From positions 1-64,000 of IMG/VR virus record IMGVR_UViG_3300023239_000006: 64,000 nucleotides of DNA. One strand, given 5' to 3'. The position numbers were made by a program, and so were the translations under genes. The notes beneath the pieces were generated by a model. The model searched no databases. It saw only the letters and a program-made list of their open reading frames with translations, and was not told the origin of the DNA. Of the stretch, positions 1 through 9,657 are shown piece by piece (within the stretch, counting starts at the first letter, position 1; the number at the start of each line of letters is the position of its first letter). This DNA is from an uncultured virus (IMG/VR IMGVR_UViG_3300023239_000006) (lineage: Duplodnaviria; Heunggongvirae; Uroviricota; Caudoviricetes).

Positions 1-99
1 GTGATGATTCTCTTTATAACCCGATATGTCTAAAGGATTATTTTTTCTATTAGATATAATGCTGTTATACCATCTTGTATATTTGTTATTCTTAAACAT
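1..99 (-). CDS. HNH homing endonuclease, N-terminal part (continues beyond left edge)
   Basis: Manual translation from ATG at 99: MFKNNKYTRWYNSIISNRKNNPLDISGYKENHH, typical N-terminus of phage HNH endonucleases (Y..WY..II...Y.E.HH). TAAATA box 5 nt upstream. Not in the ORF track. Confidence 0.75.
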   Translation of the reverse strand, partial: MFKNNKYTRWYNSIISNRKNNPLDISGYKENHH

Positions 100-157
100 A
101 CAAGTATTTATCAAACTTTGGATCAAACCTACCGGTAACTAAAATTATTTTGCGCAT
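92..157 (-). pseudogene. Orphan 5' stub of a cytidylyltransferase-like gene interrupted by the HNH gene
   Basis: Translates MRKIILVTGRFDPKFDKYLYV*. The first 13 aa match the (K)IVLVTGGFDP-LHxGH start of HIGH-motif cytidylyltransferases. Own TAAATA box at 163-168. Confidence 0.65.
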
Positions 158-184
158 AAAGTTATTTATGTACGCAGTTAATAC

Positions 185-808
185 CTACCAGCCGAAAATG
201 TAATCTTTTCTAACGCTGGTTAATTCTATTGCACCTAGCGACTTAAGATATTCGCCTGCTTGCTTAAACTTTGCATGTTGTTCAACAATTAAAATAGGTT
301 TATATTTTAATATTGTTTCTGTAGCACCTTTAAGTACTTGGAGTTCGTAGGTTTCACAATCGAGTTTTATCATTCCAAATTTTGGAAGATTTAAATCATC
401 TAATTTTTTAATTAAAATACTACCAGTTCCGAGCGAATCTTTTTTAATATAACTTGCGCCAATGTTTTCATGATCGAAAAACATATCAACAGTATTGTTT
501 TCCTCGCCCAGCGCAAAGTTGTACAAATCAACGTTTAGCCCTTTAACATTTAGTTCTAAACATTCGTAGACTTCGTTAATTGGTTCAAATGCAATTACTT
601 TATTAAACCGTTCAGCTAGATGCTTTGCCCAAAGTCCTACATTGGCTCCTACATCAACAACTAGATCAAAGTCAGTTACATATTTGTATGCTGCATCTCT
701 TACGTCATCTTGATATTGTGCAGGTCCGCCTTTTTTAATACGTTTAGCAATTAACCCTTCAAAATGTTCGTCGCAATCGGGCATCCAATATTCGTAAACT
801 TTTTTCAT
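185..808 (-). CDS. FkbM-family SAM-dependent methyltransferase
   Basis: VDVGANVG, FEP and IKLDCETYE motifs. Confidence 0.85.
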   Translation of the reverse strand: MKKVYEYWMPDCDEHFEGLIAKRIKKGGPAQYQDDVRDAAYKYVTDFDLVVDVGANVGLWAKHLAERFNKVIAFEPINEVYECLELNVKGLNVDLYNFALGEENNTVDMFFDHENIGASYIKKDSLGTGSILIKKLDDLNLPKFGMIKLDCETYELQVLKGATETILKYKPILIVEQHAKFKQAGEYLKSLGAIELTSVRKDYIFGW

Positions 809-810
809 CT

Positions 811-1443
811 TTATACCTTGTATTTGTTGTATTCTACAAGATATTTATCTATGGTTTTCTGTTCGCCTTTGAGAGTTAAAAATACCCCATTGGTTTTATT
901 TTTTCCACTGTTTATCCATTGTTGTCCTACTGGAGAAAAATTATAATCAGTTGACATTTGCCCAAGAATTTTTTGATCTCTTCCCCACTTCCATTCTTCA
1001 ACAGGAATACTAGTTAACAACTCTGCATACCGTTTTCTAAAATCAGTATTGCCAAAAGATACTAAACATGCTAGCCATCTTGTTGATTTATGGTGCTGCA
1101 TTACGTACTGTTTTGTAAATAATGTTTTAAATTCAGCTTCGGTAAAACTTCTTGTGCATATCGTATCAGTATCTACTACAATTAGGGATTCACTATTTGG
1201 AATCTTTGATGCTGCAAGAAACCTAGCAGCCTGCAAATAAGAAATTTTAGATTCGTCATTTAAAAAAGAGATGTTTTCAGTTGTATATGAAACAAAATCT
1301 AATTCTTTTGCATTTATTGGGTTAACTATATGACATCTTAGTTTAATCCACGGATTGTTATAATGTATAGATTGTAATAATGCAATCCCCCAATCGTCAT
1401 AATAAGATTGGTCGCACCCAATTAAAATACTATAGTGACGCAT
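811..1443 (-). CDS. Putative glycosyltransferase-like protein (GT-A)
   Basis: DxD motif (VVDTDT), W..DQ motif near C-terminus, next to the FkbM gene. Confidence 0.45.
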   Translation of the reverse strand: MRHYSILIGCDQSYYDDWGIALLQSIHYNNPWIKLRCHIVNPINAKELDFVSYTTENISFLNDESKISYLQAARFLAASKIPNSESLIVVDTDTICTRSFTEAEFKTLFTKQYVMQHHKSTRWLACLVSFGNTDFRKRYAELLTSIPVEEWKWGRDQKILGQMSTDYNFSPVGQQWINSGKNKTNGVFLTLKGEQKTIDKYLVEYNKYKV

Positions 1444-1885
1444 CTTCTAATCCTGATACTCGTAATTTAACAATGTTGCTTAGATGCCATTGTTTCTGAT
1501 CAAGTGCTTTAATAATGCCCAACCACTTGTTACGTAATAGGGCAAAATCGTTGATAATTTTTTCAAAGTCTACAACGTCAGCTTCACCTTCTACGAACTT
1601 TTCACAGTCCCTAGAAGATAAAGCTCGTTGATAATTTTCAAGATACTTGCGAAAATATTGACTACGAAGTCTACGAAGTTCAATGTGTAAGTACTCAAGG
1701 ATACCTTCAATCTCTTGAAGTTGATTAAAGCGGTTTTCTACGATGCCGGGCATTTGCGAACTTGCTTTCTCAATGTTTCCCGCTATGCGGACATCTTGTT
1801 TTGCATGAATTAATTCAGCTTCATAATAAGCCACAGCATCGGGAATATTGCTTATATCTTTACTAACCTTGTGGTACCAGTTCAT
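1430..1885 (-). CDS. uvsY: UvsY-like recombination mediator
   Basis: Size, helical sequence, C-terminal KALDQKQWHLSNIVKLR, near uvsX. Confidence 0.75.
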   Translation of the reverse strand: MNWYHKVSKDISNIPDAVAYYEAELIHAKQDVRIAGNIEKASSQMPGIVENRFNQLQEIEGILEYLHIELRRLRSQYFRKYLENYQRALSSRDCEKFVEGEADVVDFEKIINDFALLRNKWLGIIKALDQKQWHLSNIVKLRVSGLEDASL

Positions 1886-2116
1886 TTAATCCTCGTAATC
1901 TTCTTCGTCTTGTTCTTCGATTTCTTCACCGTCTACTGCATATTCAATAGCCTGATCTAGATATGGATCTACGCCCATTAAACTTTCTAGTACGCTTTCT
2001 TTAATCCCATGATCTAGCAAAGCGTTTACAAAATCTGCTGCAACATCTTTTCTTGCTTTCTCAGGGATATGTTCAATAACAATAGTCCAAATATCCGTAA
2101 TTAAATCTTCTTTCAT
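1886..2116 (-). CDS. Hypothetical acidic protein
   Basis: 76-aa ORF coupled between uvsX and uvsY. Confidence 0.7.
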   Translation of the reverse strand: MKEDLITDIWTIVIEHIPEKARKDVAADFVNALLDHGIKESVLESLMGVDPYLDQAIEYAVDGEEIEEQDEEDYED

Positions 2117-3192
2117 TCAGTAATCTCCGTTTCAGGTTCAACAATAGTAGTTATCTCTGAATCGGATTTTTCGCCATGTTTCGAAATGTCTGCCATAATA
2201 ACATCGAGACCTTTCTTTTCATTGCGTTCCCACGGCTTACGGAACTGTTTGATAATTTCGCCATCACTGGTTATGTATACTAGGCTGTTACCTTCTTTCT
2301 TGAGCATCCCTTTAGCTTCGAACAAGTCGACTAATCCACTATATGGACTCATACCTGTTTCATAAGGAATCTCAACCTGTACACTTTCAAACGGCTTTGC
2401 ATAACGTGTTTTCATAATCTTACAAGCTGCACGAATACCTTGCACAGTTGAAGTTTTGTTACCGGCTGCATCAAGTTTCAACTTTAACTTGCGCATAGCG
2501 ACAACAATTGAACTTGCGTAGATAAAGCCTTGGCCGCCACTGATTTTATCATCCGGATCAAACATATCTTGTGATGCGTATGTGTGATTAGTACATACCA
2601 TACCAATGTTGTAAGCACCAAACATATTAACACAGTTACGAACAAGTGCGGTTAGTGCCTTAGGCTTACGGCCCATATCACCTTTCATATCACCTGCTTG
2701 GAATTGATTAACATCAGTCGGAGTCAACAACATGCCCAAGCTGTCAACGATAAACAATACTTTAGGACGATCTAGTTCATCCATTGTTTTGTACTCTGAA
2801 ATAAACTCTGTGATAGTCTTTGCTACATCGTCAATCATAGCCATGTTAAGTTTTAGCAACTTATCTGGACTCGTATCAACACCAAGAGCATGTAGCCATT
2901 TTTCATCAAGCGCATTCTCTGTATCAATCAAGATAGGATAGATGCCTTGTGCTTGTGCGTTCTTAACTAGATTGCCCGAACAGATAAAAGATTTACCTGC
3001 ACCAGATTCCCCAGCAAATACTGTAACCTTGCCTAGTGGAATGCCTCGATCAAAGTGTCCACTGATAAGATAGTTCAATGCGTAGTTGTTTGTACTAACC
3101 CAATCTGTTGGGTCGTTAAAGCCAATACTTAAACCTTCGATTGATTTAGTGATTGACTTTCTAAATTTAGAAATATCAAATGCTTTTGCCAT
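2113..3192 (-). CDS. uvsX: RecA-like recombinase UvsX
   Basis: Walker A GESGAGKS, DTENALD, IVDSLG, SGG motifs. Confidence 0.93.
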   Translation of the reverse strand: MAKAFDISKFRKSITKSIEGLSIGFNDPTDWVSTNNYALNYLISGHFDRGIPLGKVTVFAGESGAGKSFICSGNLVKNAQAQGIYPILIDTENALDEKWLHALGVDTSPDKLLKLNMAMIDDVAKTITEFISEYKTMDELDRPKVLFIVDSLGMLLTPTDVNQFQAGDMKGDMGRKPKALTALVRNCVNMFGAYNIGMVCTNHTYASQDMFDPDDKISGGQGFIYASSIVVAMRKLKLKLDAAGNKTSTVQGIRAACKIMKTRYAKPFESVQVEIPYETGMSPYSGLVDLFEAKGMLKKEGNSLVYITSDGEIIKQFRKPWERNEKKGLDVIMADISKHGEKSDSEITTIVEPETEITE

Positions 3193-3246
3193 ATTAGTCC
3201 CTGTAAATGAAGAAGAGTGGGAACCTGTCCCACTCTTTTATGTTGC

Positions 3247-4251
3247 TTACTCTGCTGCTTTGCGATTACGAATCATTGCAAGAATGTCTTGCGCACGACT
3301 ATCGCCACCTGTTGTTGCTGCTGGTGCAGCTACTGGTGTTGGTGCTTGAGTAACTCTTGCTACAGGAGCAGGCTCGCTGTCTGCATAGTCTGCACTAGCT
3401 TTAGCAGCTGGTGTAGCTGTGTTAGCAGTTGCACGATGCGGATCGCCAGTTGCTTGACCCATACCCGCTGGCTTGTAATACTGACCCCAACGTTCCAGGT
3501 CATATGCTTCGCCATCAACTGATGCTTCAAACATTTCCTTCATTACCTTAAGCTCAACATCAGTTGGCTTTTTAGGCAGGAAGTCGCTGAGAGTGTACAA
3601 CTCATTTGTTGCCAATGCACTTGCTTCAACTTCTGTCAATGCACGTTCACGACGGCTCCACTTTGAAGTAGAGTAATCAGCGAAGCCACCTTTAGATGTC
3701 TTAGCAATACGGAAGTCTACACCTTTCAGGTAGTCAGTTGGCAACTCTTCCAATTCTGGATCCATCAATGCTGAACGGATAATTTGAAAGATTTGAGGAC
3801 CAATGATGAATCGACGAATTGGGTTTGCCGGAGTCTTTTCTTCACGAATAGGATCTTCAACAACAAAGCCTTGGAAAATGTATGAACGCTTTTTCCAGTA
3901 CTTACGACCCATGTCTTCTAAAGATTTATCTTTAAACCAACCACGTACTTCTGATAAGATCGGACAAACAGTACCGTCATTGTACATTTCAATACAAGGA
4001 ACTTGTACTTGAACTGGACGACTGTCAGTTTCACCTTTAATACCTGCGAACGGCAACTTGATCATTGCACGTTCTACCCAGAAGAATGTATTGGCAGAAT
4101 TGCCATCGGGTAGCAAACGAATTACTGCTTCCTTACCTTCAGCCATGTTCCAATGTGGGTAAATTGCGTTGTCTCCACCGCCGGTGGATTGTCCTGTGGA
4201 CTTTGATTGTGCTTCTGCGAGTTTAGCACGGATTTCTGCGAGTGATGCCAT
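3247..4251 (-). CDS. 32: Single-stranded DNA-binding protein (T4 gp32-like)
   Basis: IRLLP, CP, YWKKR, ADYSTSKW motifs; strong SD (GGAGG); upstream of uvsX. Confidence 0.85.
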   Translation of the reverse strand: MASLAEIRAKLAEAQSKSTGQSTGGGDNAIYPHWNMAEGKEAVIRLLPDGNSANTFFWVERAMIKLPFAGIKGETDSRPVQVQVPCIEMYNDGTVCPILSEVRGWFKDKSLEDMGRKYWKKRSYIFQGFVVEDPIREEKTPANPIRRFIIGPQIFQIIRSALMDPELEELPTDYLKGVDFRIAKTSKGGFADYSTSKWSRRERALTEVEASALATNELYTLSDFLPKKPTDVELKVMKEMFEASVDGEAYDLERWGQYYKPAGMGQATGDPHRATANTATPAAKASADYADSEPAPVARVTQAPTPVAAPAATTGGDSRAQDILAMIRNRKAAE

Positions 4252-4312
4252 TTTTGTATGCCTCCTATAGCCTAAAATAAAAATGTTGTATATGCCTTAA
4301 TGCACATAAGCT

Positions 4313-4341
4313 ATTATGCGCTTTTTATTTAGTATTGTCAA
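4313..4341 (-). promoter_or_regulatory. Sigma70-type promoter for the gp32 operon with an embedded late box
   Basis: TTGACA (4336-4341)-17 nt-CATAAT (4313-4318); TAAATA at 4326-4331 in the spacer. Confidence 0.75.
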
Positions 4342-4379
4342 CGATTATCTACTACTTTATTGGTTTTATTAAGCCAAAA

Positions 4380-4405
4380 GAAAAGGACTTCGAAAAGTCC
4401 TTTTC
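4380..4405 (-). terminator. Intrinsic terminator
   Basis: gaaaaggactt-cgaa-aagtccttttc inverted repeat followed by a T-run on minus. Confidence 0.75.
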
Positions 4406-4420
4406 ATGAAGCATTGCTGC

Positions 4421-6160
4421 TTACATACTGTACATGCCTGATAGTGCTTTAATACGAGCTAGCTCTGGATTCTCTGCTGGTTCTGGAGCTTGTTGTTGCG
4501 GCGCCATTCTTTCAGCCATCTTACGAGCTACTGTTTCTGCCTGCTCACCAAACTTCTTACCTACCATAGTGCAAACGCCTTCTGGGCCTTTGGGAAATGT
4601 GCCTGAATCTTTATCATAAAAGCTGTGCATAAACTCAGCTAATTCTTGTACGTTCATCTTGCCACTATGTTCTTCCGGCGATTGTTCTTCCGATTCCTGT
4701 GGGACTTCTTCTGGCGCAGTTTCTTCACCCCCTTGGTCTGTCGCCGGCTCACCGCCCACTGGTTCTGGTTGAAAATCACCAAAATCTAATACCTCTAACA
4801 CTTCTGGAGCATTGGCTTCCAGCCATACTTGTACTAGGCCTCTTACATCTGCTTCCGGATCTTCTTTAGATTGCGTCTTAATTTCTTCTTCTAATCGTGG
4901 ATCATCTATGATGCCTTTAAGACTTTCAATTGCATTAGAACCGTCTACGCCTGCGGGGAATGCCTGGCTAACTAACTCTTGTAATTGTTGTGCTGCTGCT
5001 GCCTGTTCTTCTTCATCTTGGCTTTGTATTGCGCTTTCTTCGCCTAAATTCATAGCCCATTGTTCAAACTTTGCAAATGGGTCATAGCGGTCTGCGTTGA
5101 AATCCTCGTCTTCAGTTTGGATTTCTTCTTGTGTCATGGCGACTATGTCGTCGTAGCCTAGTTCACTTTCTTTCATTAAACGATACAGTACAGGAAATAC
5201 TGCGGCCATATCTTCTTTGAAATTCTTCACTGTAAATTGATCTTTAAATTGTTCTGCAATTTCTTGCGGAACTTCCATAGGTTGCTGTGCCTGGAAACTT
5301 TCTTTGTAAGCCTCATAGTGGCCTTGTTTTGATAGTGCTTTTATTTGCTCACGTAATCCGTTAAGTGCTTGTGTACTACGCTCAACAACACTGTTCGTGT
5401 CGCTGTTCATTAGATCATTGCGTACAACATAATTGCCAAAGCTCTTTAATTGTGCAATCTCTTCACTCATCTTAATGATGCTTTCACCAATGGCATCGTA
5501 CGGTAAGCCACCGTTAGCCACATGGCGTTGCATAGCACGGGCGCCTGCTAAGTGAATGAATGGATATTTAAATCTTTCACCGTCTGCGTTTTCTACAAAC
5601 AGGCCAGCGATATTACGACTTCTGGCACCCGGTGCCATATCGTCATTTAACTTTTGACTGTGTTTAACAATCAATCGTGTATTTTCTAATTTTTGGTAAC
5701 TAACGCTTTTAGTACCGTACATTGTGCTTTCTGCCATAACGCCTTCTCCGACTGGAACTGAATTTTGTGCTTCTTGTTTAGGTTGAGCATTACGAGTTAA
5801 AAATTTGTAATCTCTTTTATCTAGGTTGTCTTTGGCAATATCTCTAGTGTCAAAGTTTAGTAATCTACGCTTGGCAAACATACGTAATTCTTTTAGGAAT
5901 CCGTACCACCTGTCTTTTTGCTCTGCGTCCATTGATTCTGTAATTCCGTGACTGAAGTAAATCTTCATGGAATTATCTTCTGCTAGACTAATGCTAACGT
6001 GACCAATAGGAGTTTCACCTTCCATATAGTCAAAATCAAAGAAACGTGCTTCTTGTGGATTTATAGTAATTTCGCCAATTTCTGTACCTAATTTTAGACC
6101 AGAGAATCTGCTACGAATTTTGTAGAATAAATCTGTTGCGATGTTGTTAGTTGCGTCCAT
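4421..6160 (-). CDS. Large hypothetical head-associated protein with acidic C-terminus
   Basis: Long ORF downstream of terminase. Start moved to ATG 6160 (TAAATA box 5 nt upstream). C-terminal ELARIKALSG resembles the scaffold C-terminus. Confidence 0.7.
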   Translation of the reverse strand: MDATNNIATDLFYKIRSRFSGLKLGTEIGEITINPQEARFFDFDYMEGETPIGHVSISLAEDNSMKIYFSHGITESMDAEQKDRWYGFLKELRMFAKRRLLNFDTRDIAKDNLDKRDYKFLTRNAQPKQEAQNSVPVGEGVMAESTMYGTKSVSYQKLENTRLIVKHSQKLNDDMAPGARSRNIAGLFVENADGERFKYPFIHLAGARAMQRHVANGGLPYDAIGESIIKMSEEIAQLKSFGNYVVRNDLMNSDTNSVVERSTQALNGLREQIKALSKQGHYEAYKESFQAQQPMEVPQEIAEQFKDQFTVKNFKEDMAAVFPVLYRLMKESELGYDDIVAMTQEEIQTEDEDFNADRYDPFAKFEQWAMNLGEESAIQSQDEEEQAAAAQQLQELVSQAFPAGVDGSNAIESLKGIIDDPRLEEEIKTQSKEDPEADVRGLVQVWLEANAPEVLEVLDFGDFQPEPVGGEPATDQGGEETAPEEVPQESEEQSPEEHSGKMNVQELAEFMHSFYDKDSGTFPKGPEGVCTMVGKKFGEQAETVARKMAERMAPQQQAPEPAENPELARIKALSGMYSM

Positions 6161-6171
6161 AGTTATATTTA

Positions 6172-7758
6172 TCAATATCCTGTGCTTACAAAGATCGGCA
6201 TTGGCATTTGTTCTTCAGAAAGTCGTTCAGACATTTTTTCGTAAATCTTAGGATCCCAATCTGCTAATACATCTGCCATACGTATAATTAGCAATGCAGC
6301 GCTTATTAGATCGTCATTTTCTCCTGATTTAGCATTAAATCCTAGGCCGCTGGCTACGAATGTTTTAAGTTCTGATAATAGAGGTTTTGATTTAATAATT
6401 AGTTTGTTAGTTTCGACTAAGTTCTTAAACTGACTACATGCTGTGACTTTACTGCGATGTGTTGTATTAAATCCCTTACGAAATTTACGCACATGCCCTT
6501 TGCGAATAGGTTCGCTTAGGAATAGTCCTGGAAAGTTTTCTTCACCGATGTCACTGATAACAATAAGTGCTGCTTCACCTAGACTGTTGTTTTCTACTGA
6601 GTAATACATCTGGGGCGCACCGCCTTTTTCTATGCCACGATCTTGGATATATCGCAGTATCTCTCTCATGTGCTTTATCTGCTGTTGTATAGGAGTTAAA
6701 TTATGACGCCACTCTGCAACCTGTATCATACTAGGCATTTCAAATACTTGAATAGCTGCATAGTTGCCGCCTGTTCCCAGACTGGGATCTAACGACAATA
6801 AGTAAGTTGCCTTAGGATCAATGTCTTTGTAGAATCTAGTTTGCCCCATAGTCATTACAGGATCAACTCCAGACAGCTCTGCAAGTTTTACAGTATTAAT
6901 CAAGGTTTCGTCAAAGATCAAGAATTCGCAATCAAACTCGCGCCGGAAACGTTCAGGACCAATTTTAGCACGTTCTACTGCCGCCCACTTCTCATCTCGA
7001 TCTGGATGTTCATTCCAGTGTGCAAAGAAGCTGTGGAATCCGTTTGTGCCAAGTTCTTGTTCGTTGCCATACTCGTCAAACTTCTTATTAGCTTCTGTCC
7101 AGATTAAAGCAAATTGATCTTCGTCGCTGTTTGGTGTCGATGTAATGATACACTTACCACCTGTTGACAATGTAGGGCTTAGTGCCGTCCAGAACTCTTT
7201 AGCTTTCTCTGGCGGCTGCACGAATGCGAATTCATCACAGTAAATTAATGATAGTGACTTACCACGACCAGTGTTTTCTGTTGTAGTAGTTGCTTGAATA
7301 CGTGCGCCGTTGTCGTATTCAATTGTGTTTCTGTTGTAGCTGTATACACCTGCACGAATAAAGTCAGGCAAGTTCTCATAACCGAATCGGTAACGATTCA
7401 TAATATCCTGCGCACCTTCGTACTTATGAGCAGCAATTAATACTTGTGCTTCTGGCACAAACATTGTGTACCATAGTAAATATCCCGTAGCGCAAGTAGT
7501 CTTACCCATCTGACGAGGCAGCATACCAATAGACTGTTTGTAGTTGTGGTATGACTGTATTAGCCTCTCTTGGTATTCATACGGTTCAAACTTAATCGAT
7601 CCACGTACAGGATGTTGAATCTTTAAAAAGTTTTTACAGAAGTATAACGGACCGTCTACCGGATGCATACATGCTTCAAGATGCTTAACTTCCTCTAACG
7701 TGTATCGGATCGGAGCATGTGCTTTCTTAATTAAATTACCGTCTAGTGATTTTGCCAT
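6172..7758 (-). CDS. 17: Terminase large subunit
   Basis: PRQMGKT Walker A, YCDEFAF Walker B, TSTPN, nuclease DPS and NDD motifs. Confidence 0.95.
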   Translation of the reverse strand: MAKSLDGNLIKKAHAPIRYTLEEVKHLEACMHPVDGPLYFCKNFLKIQHPVRGSIKFEPYEYQERLIQSYHNYKQSIGMLPRQMGKTTCATGYLLWYTMFVPEAQVLIAAHKYEGAQDIMNRYRFGYENLPDFIRAGVYSYNRNTIEYDNGARIQATTTTENTGRGKSLSLIYCDEFAFVQPPEKAKEFWTALSPTLSTGGKCIITSTPNSDEDQFALIWTEANKKFDEYGNEQELGTNGFHSFFAHWNEHPDRDEKWAAVERAKIGPERFRREFDCEFLIFDETLINTVKLAELSGVDPVMTMGQTRFYKDIDPKATYLLSLDPSLGTGGNYAAIQVFEMPSMIQVAEWRHNLTPIQQQIKHMREILRYIQDRGIEKGGAPQMYYSVENNSLGEAALIVISDIGEENFPGLFLSEPIRKGHVRKFRKGFNTTHRSKVTACSQFKNLVETNKLIIKSKPLLSELKTFVASGLGFNAKSGENDDLISAALLIIRMADVLADWDPKIYEKMSERLSEEQMPMPIFVSTGY

Positions 7759-7771
7759 ATTGTTATTTACT

Positions 7772-7800
7772 GAAAAAAATAGGCTCCGAAGAGCCTATTT
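7772..7800 (-). terminator. Intrinsic terminator
   Basis: aaataggctc-cgaa-gagcctattt hairpin with T-run on minus. Confidence 0.8.
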
Positions 7801-7815
7801 GGTTTTATAGCTGTA

Positions 7816-8256
7816 TTAAGCGAAAGATAACCCAGTCAATGCCACTTCAGTAATTGTGATATCATTTTCTGCAACACCAAGTGCTGCGCCAATTGCATCT
7901 TCAAGATTTTCATAAGATCCGTCAAAACTTGTTGATGCTCCGTAGCCGTCTCCAGTATCTTCAGAGTGGATTAGCGCTACAAACTGATTAGCACCGGATG
8001 CTGTTGGCTTGCCTGCGTAATAAATCTCTGCACGGCTTTGAAGTCCTGTAAGTGCCTTAGACATATTACTGTTAGCAACTGTAGGTGTTGTGGTAAAGTT
8101 AATAGTTGCTGAAACAATCTTAATTGCCGTTAGCGTAGGAGTACCAAAACTTGTATATGGTCCAACTCCTGCTGCGCCATCTCCTAATACTCTTCTTGCA
8201 TTGGCGTCAACATTAACTGCTGTGCCGCCCGCGGTTGTTCCATATAAATCTGCCAT
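7816..8256 (-). CDS. Hypothetical virion protein
   Basis: 146-aa Ala/Gly/Thr-rich ORF with SD, in a late operon. Confidence 0.65.
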   Translation of the reverse strand: MADLYGTTAGGTAVNVDANARRVLGDGAAGVGPYTSFGTPTLTAIKIVSATINFTTTPTVANSNMSKALTGLQSRAEIYYAGKPTASGANQFVALIHSEDTGDGYGASTSFDGSYENLEDAIGAALGVAENDITITEVALTGLSFA

Positions 8257-9062
8257 TATTTTGCTCCCTTAGCTTCTGCTAATCTTTGTAATAGTTCTGC
8301 ACGGATACTAGCACGTAGGTCGGCGCCTTCTCTAACACGGTTCATTGGGTTGTCGCCGCCAGCCACTTTAGGATGTGTTCCTTTAGGCTTATTCATGCCA
8401 CCGGCTAATTGGTTGTTCATATAGTCAACACTTTTAACTTCAGGATCTGGCTCGTTTGCATATGATTCGTCTTTTTCTTTATCACGCATCTTCTTTTCTA
8501 GCTTGTGATCGTCCATGTCGTGATCACCATCGCCATCTTGGTCGCCCATTGCTTTCTGCATAGCGTCCATTGGACTGTCATCTTTCTCCATATCGTGATC
8601 GTCCATGTCGTGATCACCATCACCATCTTGGTCACCCATTGCTTTCTGCATAGCGTCCATTGGACTGTCATCTTTCTCCATATCGTGATCGTCCATGTCG
8701 TGATCACCATCACCATCTTGGTCACCCATTGCTTTATCAAAGTCTGGTAACATCTTCAACGGACCTTTATCTAGATTACCTAAACTTAAAGGTGCAATGC
8801 TAGGTCCAGGAGGAGTTAAACTAGGCATTGGTTGATTGATCATATCCGGATTTACTTTAGTCATTAACTTTAGTAAACTTTCAATGCTGTCCATACCTTG
8901 TGCATTAAGATTAACACTCATTGATGGTGGAGTTACTGCAGGAGTAGATGACATTGGGGGCATCATTCCACTCATCATAGAATCACCGCAGGCTTCTACT
9001 GCTACGTTACTGACCGGGCGATCTAAGTCACGCATTGTTTGCATTAATTTATTAAAATCCAT
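8256..9062 (-). CDS. Hypothetical low-complexity protein with Asp/His/Met-rich tandem repeats
   Basis: 268-aa ORF with 30-aa repeat KAMGDQDGDGDHDMDDHDMEKDDSPMDAMQ. Confidence 0.7.
   Translation of the reverse strand: MDFNKLMQTMRDLDRPVSNVAVEACGDSMMSGMMPPMSSTPAVTPPSMSVNLNAQGMDSIESLLKLMTKVNPDMINQPMPSLTPPGPSIAPLSLGNLDKGPLKMLPDFDKAMGDQDGDGDHDMDDHDMEKDDSPMDAMQKAMGDQDGDGDHDMDDHDMEKDDSPMDAMQKAMGDQDGDGDHDMDDHKLEKKMRDKEKDESYANEPDPEVKSVDYMNNQLAGGMNKPKGTHPKVAGGDNPMNRVREGADLRASIRAELLQRLAEAKGAK
8505..8733. repeat. 90-bp tandem repeat, about 2.5 near-identical copies
   Basis: gtgatcgtccatgtcgtgatcaccat recurs at 8505, 8595 and 8685. Confidence 0.95.
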
Positions 9063-9649
9063 TATACTTTTCCTTTAAGTGGATCTGGATTACTAATCTT
9101 GCTCATAGGAGCCATAGATCCAGCTTTGTCTTGTTTTGCCTTAGGTAATTTGTATTCCCCAACACCGTCTTCTTTCTTACGGGCTTTAGCCGTTTTCTCT
9201 AAATCTTTTAAGAAACTCTTGTTAAAATCATCCCCAAAATAATCTTTGTGTTTAATTTTTTCATTTTTGTACTCTGCTTCATCTAGTACTGCTTCACCGC
9301 TAGGGTCTAGGTCAAATGTAGCATGTTCTGCTTCAGCTGGGTCGCCGCCGTTACGCACTCTGAAATTAGATTCAGGCACTAAGTGGCCAACGTGTACAGC
9401 AAGTTCGGGTGCAGTAATTGGATATTCACAAACCACTTCGAATGTGTACACTTCCATGTTTGCAAGTTCTGGGAAATCCAACGGAATCGCTTGAGCAGAT
9501 GTTTTAGACTTTTCAATGATTGTTGGATTAGCTGCCCCGAGCATTTCCTTTAATTTTTTTTCAAAATCCTTAGGCAATTCGCCTGCGACTTTTACTCTAA
9601 AAGGGTATGCTTTTTTGCTTTCAGCAAGATATTCTTTAAAAGTTTTCAT
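9062..9649 (-). CDS. Hypothetical protein with capsid-targeting-like N-terminus
   Basis: Begins MKTFKEYLAE, resembling the T4 internal-protein CTS MKTYQEFIAE. Confidence 0.65.
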   Translation of the reverse strand: MKTFKEYLAESKKAYPFRVKVAGELPKDFEKKLKEMLGAANPTIIEKSKTSAQAIPLDFPELANMEVYTFEVVCEYPITAPELAVHVGHLVPESNFRVRNGGDPAEAEHATFDLDPSGEAVLDEAEYKNEKIKHKDYFGDDFNKSFLKDLEKTAKARKKEDGVGEYKLPKAKQDKAGSMAPMSKISNPDPLKGKV

Positions 9650-9657
9650 ATCAGTAT

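Noticed and set aside
6172..7758. Intein or intron in terminase (also checked UvsX and portal)
   Set aside because: Lengths are typical and no intein splice motifs are present
8505..8733. CRISPR-like array (also considered for 22684-22900)
   Set aside because: Repeats are 90-bp in-frame coding units without unique spacers
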